Shown here piece by piece: positions 23,267-32,000 of a stretch of DNA of 32,000 bases. The notes below the pieces were generated by a model, which worked only from the letters and a program-made list of their open reading frames with translations, did not search any database and had not been told where the DNA came from. Numbering within the stretch: position 1 is the first letter of the stretch; each line of letters starts with the position of its first letter. Where the stretch lies: assembly GCA_963704755.1 (NCBI GenBank), contig OY969938.1:4230001-4262000 (forward strand), written 5' to 3'. The position numbers and the translations under genes are program-made. Source of the DNA: an uncultured Chloroflexia bacterium (lineage in GTDB: Bacteria; Chloroflexota; Anaerolineae; Anaerolineales; Anaerolineaceae).

Positions 23267-23833
23267 ATGGAAAATAGCGTAGCCAGATATCGGTTGGGTG
23301 ATTTGCTGACGAAGATCATCCTGACGGTTGTGTTCTTTGGTGGGTTTGCTCTGTTTGTCGTGGGGGGACTGGTTTACGGACCCGGTTTGGAAATGTTCAA
23401 GATCAGCGCCTTGGACCTGGTGATGCTGTCTCTGGCGACTATGCGGTTGGGGCGCATGGTGGCGTTCGACCATATCGCCGAACCGCTGCGGGTGCCGTTT
23501 GCCAAGACAGTCCCGGATCGAAATGGCGCCGGCAGTGTGACGGTGCCCAAAGGACAGGGTGCGATCCGCTCGATCGGCCAGCTCATCACCTGCCCGATTT
23601 GTGTGGGTACCTGGGTCGCGGCCGTCCTGGTTTATTTGCTGTACTTTTTCCCCGGGCCGACCCAAGTCTTTGTGACCATGACCGCCGTGATCGGCGCAGC
23701 CGAGCTGTTACATTCTGCCACTGAGGCGTTATGCTGGGTGGGGATCAACTCGCGTGTGATGGCCGGTGAGCAGATCCTGGCGCACCAGAAAGATGGCGCC
23801 GAAAAGGGCGATCCGGATATCGGAATGTCCTGA
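23267..23833 (+). CDS. DUF1360-like integral membrane protein
   Basis: 188 aa. GGAGG SD. LSLATMRLGRMVAFDHIAEPLR...GQLITCPICVGTWVAAVL pattern resembles DUF1360. About 4 TM helices. Confidence 0.6.
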   Translation: MENSVARYRLGDLLTKIILTVVFFGGFALFVVGGLVYGPGLEMFKISALDLVMLSLATMRLGRMVAFDHIAEPLRVPFAKTVPDRNGAGSVTVPKGQGAIRSIGQLITCPICVGTWVAAVLVYLLYFFPGPTQVFVTMTAVIGAAELLHSATEALCWVGINSRVMAGEQILAHQKDGAEKGDPDIGMS

Positions 23834-23865
23834 TCGATTGGCCAGGCCGGCAGGATGCGGGTGAT

Positions 23866-24648
23866 CTAGTAAATATGGCGGATCGAATCGCGCAGGGGTT
23901 TGAGGTTCTGCGGCGCGGCAAATAGAAGTTCACCGGGTAATTTTTGCCCGTCGGTGTGATTGGCGGGGATCAGGCAATCACCGTTCAGGAATTCGACCGA
24001 AATGCCGGCATGCTGCAGGATTGGCAGCATCCCGGCAATATCCCACAGATTGACCTGGCGGGTGAACGTGCCAACCGCGGAGCCAAGGGCGGTATAACAC
24101 AGGTTGGCTGCCGTGGACCCAACCGAACGTGTGCGCGGGTAGCTGGTTTTGAAGTGCAGATGGAAATTGGAAGGCACGGCCAGAAAAGACAGCGGGTCAT
24201 TGTAAGCGGTGGTCACCGGGCCGGATATGGGCAGGTCATTGAGAAAGGCACCGTAATCCTGGCCGCCCCAATAGAAATCGTTGCATTTGGGCATGTAGAA
24301 AAAGCCCAGGCTGGGCTCGCCCTCGACCAAAAGGCCCAACAGAATCCCCCAGGTGGGCAGGCCGTTTAGGTAGGCGCGGGTGCCATCGATTGGATCGAGC
24401 ACCCAAACCCGGTCGGTCGCAGAACCAATAATCCCTGTTTCCTCAGAAATAATCTGGTCACCGGGGAAGTTTTGATGGATCCAACCGATGACCTTATCTT
24501 CGATGGCCATTTCGACATCTGTGGCGGGTGAGTGGTCGGACTTGAGATGAACGGAAACGTTGGCGCGTCCTTTGAGGGCGATATCGCCGGCTTCCAAAAT
24601 GACATTTTTAAGGGACTGGAAGGTTTCGACGGGGATTGTGGTGTTCAT
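23866..24648 (-). CDS. Inositol monophosphatase family protein
   Basis: 260 aa. IISEE metal site and the signature WVLDPIDGTRAY. C-terminal WDIAG motif. Confidence 0.88.
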   Translation of the reverse strand: MNTTIPVETFQSLKNVILEAGDIALKGRANVSVHLKSDHSPATDVEMAIEDKVIGWIHQNFPGDQIISEETGIIGSATDRVWVLDPIDGTRAYLNGLPTWGILLGLLVEGEPSLGFFYMPKCNDFYWGGQDYGAFLNDLPISGPVTTAYNDPLSFLAVPSNFHLHFKTSYPRTRSVGSTAANLCYTALGSAVGTFTRQVNLWDIAGMLPILQHAGISVEFLNGDCLIPANHTDGQKLPGELLFAAPQNLKPLRDSIRHIY

Positions 24649-24833
24649 GGAATGATTTTACTCTCGATTTGGCCGGTGAGCGGGTAATTTTATTGGTTTA
24701 CTTGCACGTTTTGTGCCGGTTAGCCGGCCAATTCAGAGAATCCCCCAACCCCCTTGGGAGGGGGGCAAGAAACGGCGAGCCATATGGCCATGTCGAGGTT
24801 ATAACGGAGCGCTGAAGCGCACCCTACGACTGA

Positions 24834-24889
24834 AACACTGTAACACTGTAGCACTGCAAAACCAAATCACTGTAACACCATCTCACTTG
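24834..24889. repeat. Third 8-bp-period tandem array with a different unit (AACACTGT), 7 units
   Basis: aacactgt aacactgt agcactgc aaaaccaa atcactgt aacaccat ctcacttg. Lies in the divergent IMPase/ppk2 intergenic region. Confidence 0.85.
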
Positions 24890-24906
24890 ACCTCTAAAGC
24901 CCAGGC

Positions 24907-24935
24907 TTGAAATAAAGCTCCCATTCTTCTATACT
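24907..24935 (+). promoter_or_regulatory. Sigma-70-type promoter for ppk2
   Basis: TTGAAA (24907-24912), 17-nt spacer, TATACT (24930-24935). 66 nt upstream of the ATG at 25002. Confidence 0.45.
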
Positions 24936-25001
24936 GACAGTGTCGGTAATGGGGGAGTAAAAATCAGGCATTCTGTTCTGCAGGCAGAAAGTGAGTGGAT
25001 T

Positions 25002-25889
25002 ATGGCGCAGAAGAAAGAGGGCAAGGGCAAAAATTCGGCCAAAAAGGATGCGAAACCGGTCGACAACGGTAAGAACGGCCTGGCAGTCGCGGAGAACGAG
25101 GAACAGACACGCGGAAAGCTATCCAGCAAAGCTTATGAGGAAGAGCTGGCCAGGTTACAGATCGAGCTGGTCAAGCTGCAGGAATGGATCAAGTTCAAAG
25201 GGCTCAAGCTGGTGGTGATCTTCGAGGGCCGCGATGCGGCCGGGAAGGGCGGTGTGATCAAGCGCATCACCGAAAGCCTGAACCCGCGTTACTGCCGGGT
25301 GACCGCCCTGGGGGTACCGACCGAGCGCGAGAAGACCCAGTGGTATTTCCAGCGTTACACCCCGTATTTGCCGGCCGGCGGCGAGATGGTGCTGTTCGAC
25401 CGGAGCTGGTACAACCGGGCCGGGGTCGAGCGGGTGATGGGCTTTTGCAGCGAAGAAGAATACCAGGAGTTCCTGCGTTCTTGCCCGGAATTCGAACGGA
25501 TGCTGATCCGCTCCGGCATAATCCTGATCAAGTACTGGTTCTCGGTCAGCGATGAGGAACAGGAGCGCCGTTTCCAGGACCGCATCGAAAACCCGACCAA
25601 GCGCTGGAAGCTGAGCCCAATGGACTTGCAGTCCCGTTCACGCTGGATGGAGTACTCCAAGGCCAAAGACGAGATGTTCAAGTATACCGATACGAAGCAG
25701 TCGCCCTGGTATGTGGTCAACGCCGACGACAAAAAACGGGCCAGGTTGAACTGCATTGCCCACCTGCTCAGCCTGATTCCGTATGAGGACCTGACGCCGG
25801 ATCCCATCGTGTTACCGCCGCGCCAGGCGGACACCGGCTACATCCGCCCGCCCATCTCCGACCAGACCTTTGTGCCGGAGAAGTATTGA
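25002..25889 (+). CDS. ppk2: Polyphosphate kinase 2 (PPK2)
   Basis: 295 aa. Walker A-like FEGRDAAGKGG, ...FDRSWYNR..., lid region. Lys-rich N-terminal extension. Confidence 0.9.
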   Translation: MAQKKEGKGKNSAKKDAKPVDNGKNGLAVAENEEQTRGKLSSKAYEEELARLQIELVKLQEWIKFKGLKLVVIFEGRDAAGKGGVIKRITESLNPRYCRVTALGVPTEREKTQWYFQRYTPYLPAGGEMVLFDRSWYNRAGVERVMGFCSEEEYQEFLRSCPEFERMLIRSGIILIKYWFSVSDEEQERRFQDRIENPTKRWKLSPMDLQSRSRWMEYSKAKDEMFKYTDTKQSPWYVVNADDKKRARLNCIAHLLSLIPYEDLTPDPIVLPPRQADTGYIRPPISDQTFVPEKY

Positions 25890-26000
25890 CAGAAGAATTA
25901 TTGCCACGGATGGGCACGGATAGACATAGATGGGGATTTAATTTCTATAAATTCTGGATTTAATAATCCGGCTTTCTAAGCCGGGCTTGTGCGCCAATGT

Positions 26001-26038
26001 TGAAGAGCGGGCTCGGTCAGGAGACCGGCCCGAACAAT
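26001..26038. repeat. Dispersed REP-like element, family A (copy 2)
   Basis: TGAAGAGCGGGCTCGGTCAGGAGACCGGCCCGAACAAT, 36 of 38 identical to 13457-13494. Confidence 0.85.
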
Positions 26039-26235
26039 CACGAAGCCGGTTATCCGGATTAGACAACTCGTTCATAACATCCCTTGCTTTTGTATAACAT
26101 GTGCCTGTGCCCAGGTTTTGATACTGCCTCTCACTCTTACGCTCGAGGGAACTAATTGCCAGAATCCTTCGTCTATGTCGATGATGACGGATAACGTCAG
26201 TATGGATGGCCCGTAAGGGCCACGGAGGAGAAACT

Positions 26236-27444
26236 ATGCGTAAGAGTTACATTTTTATCATCGGTATTGTTGCCGGATTGGCAATTTTGTTAGGCGCTTG
26301 CAGTGCGTTGTTTGCGCATGCCGGCGGCCAGGATCAGCAAAGCGCCCAGGGGACCGCGGTCATGGAAACCGTCTCGGCGGTTCTGACCCAACAGGCTTTC
26401 GAAACCCTGGTCGGCCAGGCGACTCAACTGGCTACCTCACCTCAATCAACCCCGCTGCCGACCCAGAATCCGGTCCAGGTGGCCACGGTGGTGGTTACGG
26501 CTACGCCCCTGCCGCCAACCGCCACGCCCTTTATTCCCACGCCAACCGCGACGACCAAACCGCTGCCTTGCAACGCCGCGGCCTACGTCAAAGACGTCAC
26601 CATCCCGGATGGGACCAATCTGGCTGCCGGGCAGGCGTTTACCAAGACCTGGCGACTGCAAAATGCCGGCACCTGCACCTGGTCGAGTGATTACCAACTG
26701 GTCTTCGTCGATGGCACGGCCATGAGCGGCCCGGCCAGTGTGTCGCTGGGCAGCAGCGTTAAACCGGGTGGAACGATCGATGTTTCCGTCAACCTGGTCG
26801 CTCCTGGTACGGAGGGCAGTTATCAGGGCAACTGGATCCTGCGCGACAGCAACGGGACCCGGTTCGGCCTGGGCAAGAATGCCGACCAATCCTTCTGGGT
26901 AAAAATCGACGTAACCGGCTTCCAGAGCGACAATGTACCTTCTTCGATTTATCCCTATGACTTCGTTGCCTCGATCTGCCAGGCGGATTGGAAGAGCAAT
27001 GCCGGTACGGTCAGCCTGCCGTGCGCCGGGGTGGATCAAGGCAAGCCCCAATGGGTGGCGATCGAGATGAACCCGGTCTTTGAGGGCGGCCATCAGGATA
27101 ACGAGCGCACTTTGTGGATGCATTTGCAAGACAAGAATGATTGGATGCAGGGCTTCTACCCGGCCACGACCATTCAGAGCGGCGATAAGTTTATGGCATA
27201 TGTCGGCTGCCTGGAGGCTAACAAGAACTGCGATGCGACCTTCAGCCTGGACGCGATTGTGGATGGCGGCGCAAGCCAAAACCTGGGCAAGTGGGATGAG
27301 GTTTATGACGGCAAATACACCAAGATCAACCTGGATTTGAGCCAGTTCGCCGGCAAGCATGTCGAGTTTATCCTGGGCGTGACCAACAAGAATGCTTCCG
27401 GTGAGCTGGATGTGTTCTGGTTTGTCCCCTCGGTGCAGCACTAG
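26236..27444 (+). CDS. Putative lipoprotein with an NBR1-type Ig-like domain
   Basis: Trimmed to the ATG at 26236 (after GGAGGAG). Signal and lipobox-like IVAGLAILLGAC. Pro/Thr linker. NBR1-Ig-like segment (DVTIPDGTNLAAGQAFTKTWRLQNAGTCTW...GSYQGNWILRDSNGTRFG). C-terminal domain unknown. Confidence 0.7.
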   Translation: MRKSYIFIIGIVAGLAILLGACSALFAHAGGQDQQSAQGTAVMETVSAVLTQQAFETLVGQATQLATSPQSTPLPTQNPVQVATVVVTATPLPPTATPFIPTPTATTKPLPCNAAAYVKDVTIPDGTNLAAGQAFTKTWRLQNAGTCTWSSDYQLVFVDGTAMSGPASVSLGSSVKPGGTIDVSVNLVAPGTEGSYQGNWILRDSNGTRFGLGKNADQSFWVKIDVTGFQSDNVPSSIYPYDFVASICQADWKSNAGTVSLPCAGVDQGKPQWVAIEMNPVFEGGHQDNERTLWMHLQDKNDWMQGFYPATTIQSGDKFMAYVGCLEANKNCDATFSLDAIVDGGASQNLGKWDEVYDGKYTKINLDLSQFAGKHVEFILGVTNKNASGELDVFWFVPSVQH

Positions 27445-27468
27445 CCTGGTACGGCGAGCGGCTCTTGC

Positions 27469-27541
27469 GAAGTAATCTCCCCGCTAGCCAGCGGGGAGAT
27501 TGCTTCGTCGGCAAAAGTCGCCTCCTCGCAACGACATTAAT
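27469..27541. repeat. Dispersed repeat, family B (copy 2), including a 17-bp-stem hairpin
   Basis: GAAGTAATCTCCCCGCT agcc AGCGGGGAGATTGCTTC, then ...CAAAAG...CCTCGCAACGACATTAAT. 25 nt after the stop at 27444. May also act as a terminator. Confidence 0.8.
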
Positions 27542-27583
27542 CAGGCTATATCTCGTCCGCGAGGCCCTGCCAATAGGGATTGG

Positions 27584-27639
27584 TCGATTCGATCGAATCG
27601 ATTTTCTTTTGGCGGGAACCGCCTTTGATTTGTTTTTTT
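27584..27639 (+). terminator. Tandem candidate terminators between convergent genes
   Basis: Perfect 18-bp palindrome TCGATTCGATCGAATCGA followed by TTTTCTTTT. Then GGCGG gaa CCGCC followed by TTTGATTTGTTTTTTT. Confidence 0.45.
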
Positions 27640-27642
27640 CGC

Positions 27643-29463
27643 TTATGCCGTGGCCAGGTCGCTGAAGGGATCCAGGGTCTGTTCCATTTGCTGGCGAAAC
27701 TGGCGGGTATAGAGCTGGTAATACTTGCCCCGCAAGCGCAGCAATTCGGCGTGGGTGCCCATTTCGACAACCTTGCCGGCTTCGATGACCAGGATGCGGT
27801 CAGCGTTTTTGATTGTCGACAGGCGATGGGCGATGATAAAACTGGTCCGGCCAGACATCATGGTCTCCATGCCACGCTGGATCAGCGCTTCGGTAAGGGT
27901 ATCCACCGAACTGGTGGCTTCGTCCATGATGAAAACCTCCGGCTTGGCCAGGACAGCCCGCGCCAGGCTGATCAACTGCTTTTGCCCGACCGAAAGCAAA
28001 TTGCCGCCTTCACCGACTTCTTCATCGTAACCCTTGCTGAACTTGCTGATAAAATCATTGGCGCCGGCCAGTTTTGCTGCCTGTTCGATTTCCTCGTCGC
28101 TGGCCTCCAGCCGGCCATAGCGGATGTTCTGGCGGATGGTCCCGGAGAAGAGGTGCGGCGTTTGCAAGACCATCCCAATCCGCGACTGGATCGCTTGCAG
28201 TGAAAAGGAAGTGTAATCCTGCCCGCCGATCTTGATGTGGCCTTGTTTCGGCTCGTAGAAGCGGCAGATCAGGTTGACGATGGTAGATTTCCCGCCGCCG
28301 GTTGGGCCGACCAGGGCAATTGTCTCACCTCGCTTGACTTTGAAGGTGAAATCTTGCAAGACGGGCTTGCCGTCGCCGTCATCGTAGAAAAAAGTGACGT
28401 TTTCGAAGTCGATATCGCCCTGGATGGTGCCGGGGTCGATCGCACCGGGGCGGTCCACGATATCGGGGACCGAATCGGTCAGCGAGAAAATCCGCTCGGC
28501 GGAAGCGATGGCGTGCTGCATGTCGGCGAACACGCGCGCCAGGTCCTGGATTGGCCACAACATCGAGGTCACATAGGTGACGAAGGCCTGGATGTCCCCG
28601 ATGGTCAAATTGCCAACCTGGGCTTGCAGGCCGCCGTACCAGACGATACTGCCCAGGGCGAAGGCCGAAATGATCTGGACGGCGGGCAGGAACAATGCGC
28701 TCAACCAGGCGGCCCGGTAACTGGCCCTGTACATGTCGTGGGTGATCAGGCTGAACTCGTCCAGGTTGGCATCTTCACGGCCGAGCGCTTTGACCACCCG
28801 CACCCCGGTGATATTTTCATTGAAGGATCCGGTGATCTTCGAGTTGTATTTGCGTACGTTGCGAAACTGTCCCAGGATGCGTTTGCGGAACTCGTAGGCC
28901 ACGTAGAATAGCACCGGCAAAACTGCCAGGACGATCAAAGCCAGGCGCCAGTTGATGAACAGCATAAAGCCCATCGAGGTGAGAATGTTCATGAAGCCCC
29001 AGGCAACGTCCACCATGCCCCAGGTCACCAGGTCGGCCACCCGTTCGGAATCTGAGGTGACGCGCGACATGATCCAGCCCACCGGTGTACGGCTAAAGTA
29101 AGCCAGCGAGAGGGCTTGCAGGTGGTTGAACATCTTCTGGCGCAGATCGTAGCGCACGCGTTCACCCAGGACCCCGGCCAGGTAGATGAAGCCGAATACA
29201 CAGGTGGCCTGTATGACGGTCAACCCGGCATAGCCGGCCAGCAGGTGATACAGTACGCTCTTGTTGTGAGCCAGGATACCATTATCGACGATCAATTTGC
29301 TCAGGTAAGTGAAGATCGCATCCATCGAGGAAACGGCGATAATGGTGGCCAGGAAACCGATCACCCACTTGAGATGGGGGCGGATCAGGCCCAGAATGCG
29401 ACGAAAAGTTTGTCCGCTAAAACGGGTCTGGAAATCTTCTTCTTCGTGATAATTAAGAGACAC
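27643..29463 (-). CDS. ABC exporter, fused permease/ATPase half-transporter (MdlB-like)
   Basis: 606 aa. 6-TM N-terminal domain. Walker A GPTGGGKST, signature LSVGQKQ, Walker B VFIMDEATS, H-loop IIAHR. Confidence 0.92.
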   Translation of the reverse strand: MSLNYHEEEDFQTRFSGQTFRRILGLIRPHLKWVIGFLATIIAVSSMDAIFTYLSKLIVDNGILAHNKSVLYHLLAGYAGLTVIQATCVFGFIYLAGVLGERVRYDLRQKMFNHLQALSLAYFSRTPVGWIMSRVTSDSERVADLVTWGMVDVAWGFMNILTSMGFMLFINWRLALIVLAVLPVLFYVAYEFRKRILGQFRNVRKYNSKITGSFNENITGVRVVKALGREDANLDEFSLITHDMYRASYRAAWLSALFLPAVQIISAFALGSIVWYGGLQAQVGNLTIGDIQAFVTYVTSMLWPIQDLARVFADMQHAIASAERIFSLTDSVPDIVDRPGAIDPGTIQGDIDFENVTFFYDDGDGKPVLQDFTFKVKRGETIALVGPTGGGKSTIVNLICRFYEPKQGHIKIGGQDYTSFSLQAIQSRIGMVLQTPHLFSGTIRQNIRYGRLEASDEEIEQAAKLAGANDFISKFSKGYDEEVGEGGNLLSVGQKQLISLARAVLAKPEVFIMDEATSSVDTLTEALIQRGMETMMSGRTSFIIAHRLSTIKNADRILVIEAGKVVEMGTHAELLRLRGKYYQLYTRQFRQQMEQTLDPFSDLATA

Positions 29464-31267
29464 TGGCGATCTCCTTGTCTAATTCATTATCAATGCGTGT
29501 CTGGATCTCGTAAATCTGGCGGTAGATGCCATCGACGTGGACCAGGTCATCGTGTTTGCCGGTCTGGACGATACGGCCCTTATCCATCACCAGGATCAGG
29601 TCGGCGTTCATGATGCTCTGGATGCGGTGGGCGATGATAAAGGTCGTGCGATCTTTCATCAGGTTTTGCAGAGCTTCGCGGATCTCGGCTTCCGTCTCGG
29701 TATCCACCGACGAGGTCGAATCATCCAGGATCAAGATACGTGGGTCTTTCAGCAAGGTGCGGGCAATAGCCACACGCTGCTTTTGCCCGCCGGAAAGCGT
29801 CACGCCCCGTTCCCCGACCATGGTATCGTAGCCTCTGCCGAAGGACTGGATAACTTCGTGGATCGAGGCTGCGCGAGCGGCAGCTTCGATCTCCTCCTGC
29901 GTGACCTGGCGGCCTACCCCATAGGTGATGTTTTCACGAATGGAGCGGGAAAACAGGAAAGGCTCCTGTTCGACGATACCTATCTGGCTGCGCAGGAAAC
30001 GACGCGGATAACGGTTCAGCTCAACTCCATCCAGCAGGATAGAGCCGGAGGTGTAGTCGTAGAAACGTGGCAGCAGGTTAACCAGGGTGGTCTTGCCGGA
30101 GCCGGTCGACCCGAGCAGGGCGATCGACTGGCCCGGTTCGCATTGAAAGGTAATCTCTTCCAGGGCAACGTTACCCTCGTGATAGGTGAAGCCAACCCGA
30201 TCGAAGGCGATTTTCCCATGGACGTTCACATTGGGCAGCATATCCCCTTGGTCCAGGGGTTCACGCTCCTCTTTGATGATATCGAGTACCCGGGAAAAAG
30301 AAACCATACCGGTGGACATTTGCACAATCAGCCGGCCCAGGTTGCGCATGGGAAAAATGATCCAAACCACCAGGCCGACGTAGGCCAGGTAGGTTCCGAT
30401 GGTGATATCGCCGTTGATCGTCATCAGGGCCGCGACCAGGAACCCGACCAGAACCTGGGCATTACAGATCGTGTCGGTGACCGGCCAGAAAGTGGACTGC
30501 ATACGCGTCAGGCGTTTGCCGCGCAGGAACTTCTCCCAGTTGTCTTTGTCGAACTTGTCGATCTCGTACTCCTGGCGGGCAAAGGCTTTCACCACGCGGA
30601 TTCCGGAGAGGTTCTCTTGCAGGGTTGTGGAAAGAATCGCGTCTTGTTTCTGGTAATCCTCATAAGCATGGTAGATGCGGCGGAAAAAAAGCAGCGATAC
30701 CACCAGCAAGAAGGGAACCACCAGAATACTGACCCAGGCCAGGGTGGGCTTCAGGCTGTAAATGGCAAAGAAGTTAACAATGAAAAGCATAACGATGCGG
30801 CCGATGCCTATGGCCTGGTCCGCATAGAAGCGGCGAATCGTATCGACATCGGAGGTGGAGCGCTGGATGAGCTCACCGGTCTCGATACTGGAATGATAGG
30901 TAAAGCTGAGGTGCTGGATATGATCGAACAGGTAATTACGTAAGCGCCGGACCACACCTTCAGCGGTCTGGGCAGCCAGGCGGCCACTGGAAAAGGAAAA
31001 AGTGCCTTCGATGGCAGCCAGAAAGACAAACCCTAACCCAATCAAGGGTAACGAAATCGAACGATCCCCTGCGCCCAGGTATTGGTCGATAAAATAGCGC
31101 AGCAGCATAAAGGTTCCGGTCTTGGCTACGGCTGAGACGGCCAGGCTAAGCGTGGCGCCCAGGTATTTAAGCCGAAAACCGGCCATGAACCCCCATAAGC
31201 CTTTCAACCGGTTGGCGTTGAGGGCATTTTTTAAATCGAAATTCAGAACAGCGCTTGAGATAGACAA
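29453..31267 (-). CDS. ABC exporter, fused permease/ATPase half-transporter (MdlA-like partner)
   Basis: Track ORF 29453..31450 trimmed to the TTG at 31267, which lies 6 nt after GGAGGAA and gives 605 aa, matching the partner's length. Walker A GSTGSGKTT, LSGGQKQR, ILILDDSTS, IIAHR. Its stop overlaps the partner's start by 11 nt. Confidence 0.85.
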   Translation of the reverse strand: MSISSAVLNFDLKNALNANRLKGLWGFMAGFRLKYLGATLSLAVSAVAKTGTFMLLRYFIDQYLGAGDRSISLPLIGLGFVFLAAIEGTFSFSSGRLAAQTAEGVVRRLRNYLFDHIQHLSFTYHSSIETGELIQRSTSDVDTIRRFYADQAIGIGRIVMLFIVNFFAIYSLKPTLAWVSILVVPFLLVVSLLFFRRIYHAYEDYQKQDAILSTTLQENLSGIRVVKAFARQEYEIDKFDKDNWEKFLRGKRLTRMQSTFWPVTDTICNAQVLVGFLVAALMTINGDITIGTYLAYVGLVVWIIFPMRNLGRLIVQMSTGMVSFSRVLDIIKEEREPLDQGDMLPNVNVHGKIAFDRVGFTYHEGNVALEEITFQCEPGQSIALLGSTGSGKTTLVNLLPRFYDYTSGSILLDGVELNRYPRRFLRSQIGIVEQEPFLFSRSIRENITYGVGRQVTQEEIEAAARAASIHEVIQSFGRGYDTMVGERGVTLSGGQKQRVAIARTLLKDPRILILDDSTSSVDTETEAEIREALQNLMKDRTTFIIAHRIQSIMNADLILVMDKGRIVQTGKHDDLVHVDGIYRQIYEIQTRIDNELDKEIASVS

Positions 31268-31574
31268 GGGAGATTCCTCCAAAAAGGCAGGTCGTGCAGG
31301 TTGAATAAAAGCCGGTGGAATGATGACGGGCGATCCATCATACCACAACCATTTCGACAAAGCCGGCAGGCAGCATAGCGCTCCTGTCCAGCGATCGCTC
31401 GGGGCTGAAAAGACTTTTGGGAAACGATAGGACCTTGTTCCCCGAGACAAAAACGGGCGAAGAAGGCACCCAAATCAGTGAATTTTCAGTTTATGGGCGA
31501 GGGACGAAGGATTTTTATAGGTTCCTCATCGGATGTCCTCGAATTATTTGTCGCGCGAAGGAAAGGATTGTAAA

Positions 31575-32000
31575 TTAGCCGGCCAGGCCGTCTGGCGCCG
31601 GCTGGCAATTTGGGCAGATAAAGCCGCTGGTGCTGCCAGTTTTAATTTTGATGATGGGTGTGCTGCAAACCGGGCAAGGCTGGTTTTCTTTATAGCCGAT
31701 CAAGATGTCGTCCATTGTAAAATGTCCGTTCTGTCCGTGTAAATCGACTTCGTAAAAGGCGCCGCTCTTCTCCAGGCTGGGACGCAGCCCCTTCTGGATC
31801 GCATCGGCCAGACGGTCGACTTCGTCACCCGAGAGAGAGTCCAGTTTCCGGTCGGGGTGCAGTCTGGCTAAAAAAAGGATGTCGTGGATGTAGGCATTCC
31901 CGATACCGGCAATCTTACTCTGGTCCAACAGGAATTGTTTAACCCGCGAGCGCTGGCCTTTGACCAGGGTGCGAAAGGCTTCCTTGCTCAGGTCGATCGC
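31575..32000 (-). CDS. mutM: Formamidopyrimidine-DNA glycosylase / Nei family (C-terminal part; N-terminus outside the window)
   Basis: H2TH motif IAGIGNAYIHDILFLARLHP and C-terminal zinc finger CPVCSTPI...FICPNCQ. The frame stays open to position 32000. Confidence 0.8.
   Translation of the reverse strand, partial: AIDLSKEAFRTLVKGQRSRVKQFLLDQSKIAGIGNAYIHDILFLARLHPDRKLDSLSGDEVDRLADAIQKGLRPSLEKSGAFYEVDLHGQNGHFTMDDILIGYKENQPCPVCSTPIIKIKTGSTSGFICPNCQPAPDGLAG

Noticed and set aside
25905-25934. Three 10-bp tandem units (CACGGATGGG CACGGATAGA CATAGATGGG) after ppk2
   Set aside because: It is real but very short, and probably a common low-complexity repeat remnant with no independent evidence of function.
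26446-27441. 331-aa minus-strand ORF
   Set aside because: It is antisense to the NBR1-Ig-like lipoprotein gene, which has an SD, a signal peptide and domain motifs.
27465-27665. 66-aa ORF (MRSNLPASQRGDCFVGKSRLLATT...)
   Set aside because: It is the translation of the family-B repeat and terminator region lying between convergent genes.
29537-30943. 468-aa plus-strand ORF
   Set aside because: It is antisense to the ABC transporter gene, which has complete Walker A / signature / Walker B motifs.
29453-31450. Long form (665 aa) of the first ABC transporter
   Set aside because: The 61-residue extension is non-homologous-looking (Cys/Trp/Pro-rich) and lacks an SD. The TTG at 31267 follows GGAGGAA and yields a protein matching its partner in length.

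Overview
Gene-dense, high-GC bacterial chromosomal segment. Sampled 60-nt lines in core genes run about 60-73% G+C. The non-coding repeat content weakly suggests a Chloroflexota-like host; this is unverified.

Positions 1-8149 form one long co-directional minus-strand cluster: a double zinc-ribbon membrane protein, PfkB kinase, parA, parB, an amidohydrolase, two soluble histidine kinases, an OmpR-type response regulator and a small ORF. Next come radC, an MFS transporter, a tRNA(CAT) with a near-consensus promoter, a WYL-domain regulator and an alpha/alpha-toroid repeat protein.

Between about 13.5 and 19 kb the composition drops sharply (sampled lines 20-32% G+C). This stretch is a mosaic accessory island containing:
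- a multi-TM protein
- an IS630-family element whose transposase is split at an A7 run
- an uncharacterised two-gene cassette: a Mrr-cat-like PD-(D/E)xK nuclease plus a 265-aa unknown protein
- a GC-rich C39-like cysteine peptidase
- a small SD-led ORF
- an intact IS3-family element with a 3-bp target duplication

The right third carries an ECF sigma / FecR-type anti-sigma pair, a DUF1360-like membrane protein, an IMPase-family enzyme, PPK2, an NBR1-Ig-like lipoprotein, a heterodimeric ABC exporter and a partial fpg/nei gene.

Several non-coding repeat families are visible: 8-bp-period tandem arrays, long perfect hairpins and two dispersed REP-like families. The best candidate for an undescribed system is the low-GC nuclease cassette at 15724-17023, possibly together with the TM protein at 13508-14092. 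All functional calls come from motif recognition by eye; no database search was possible.
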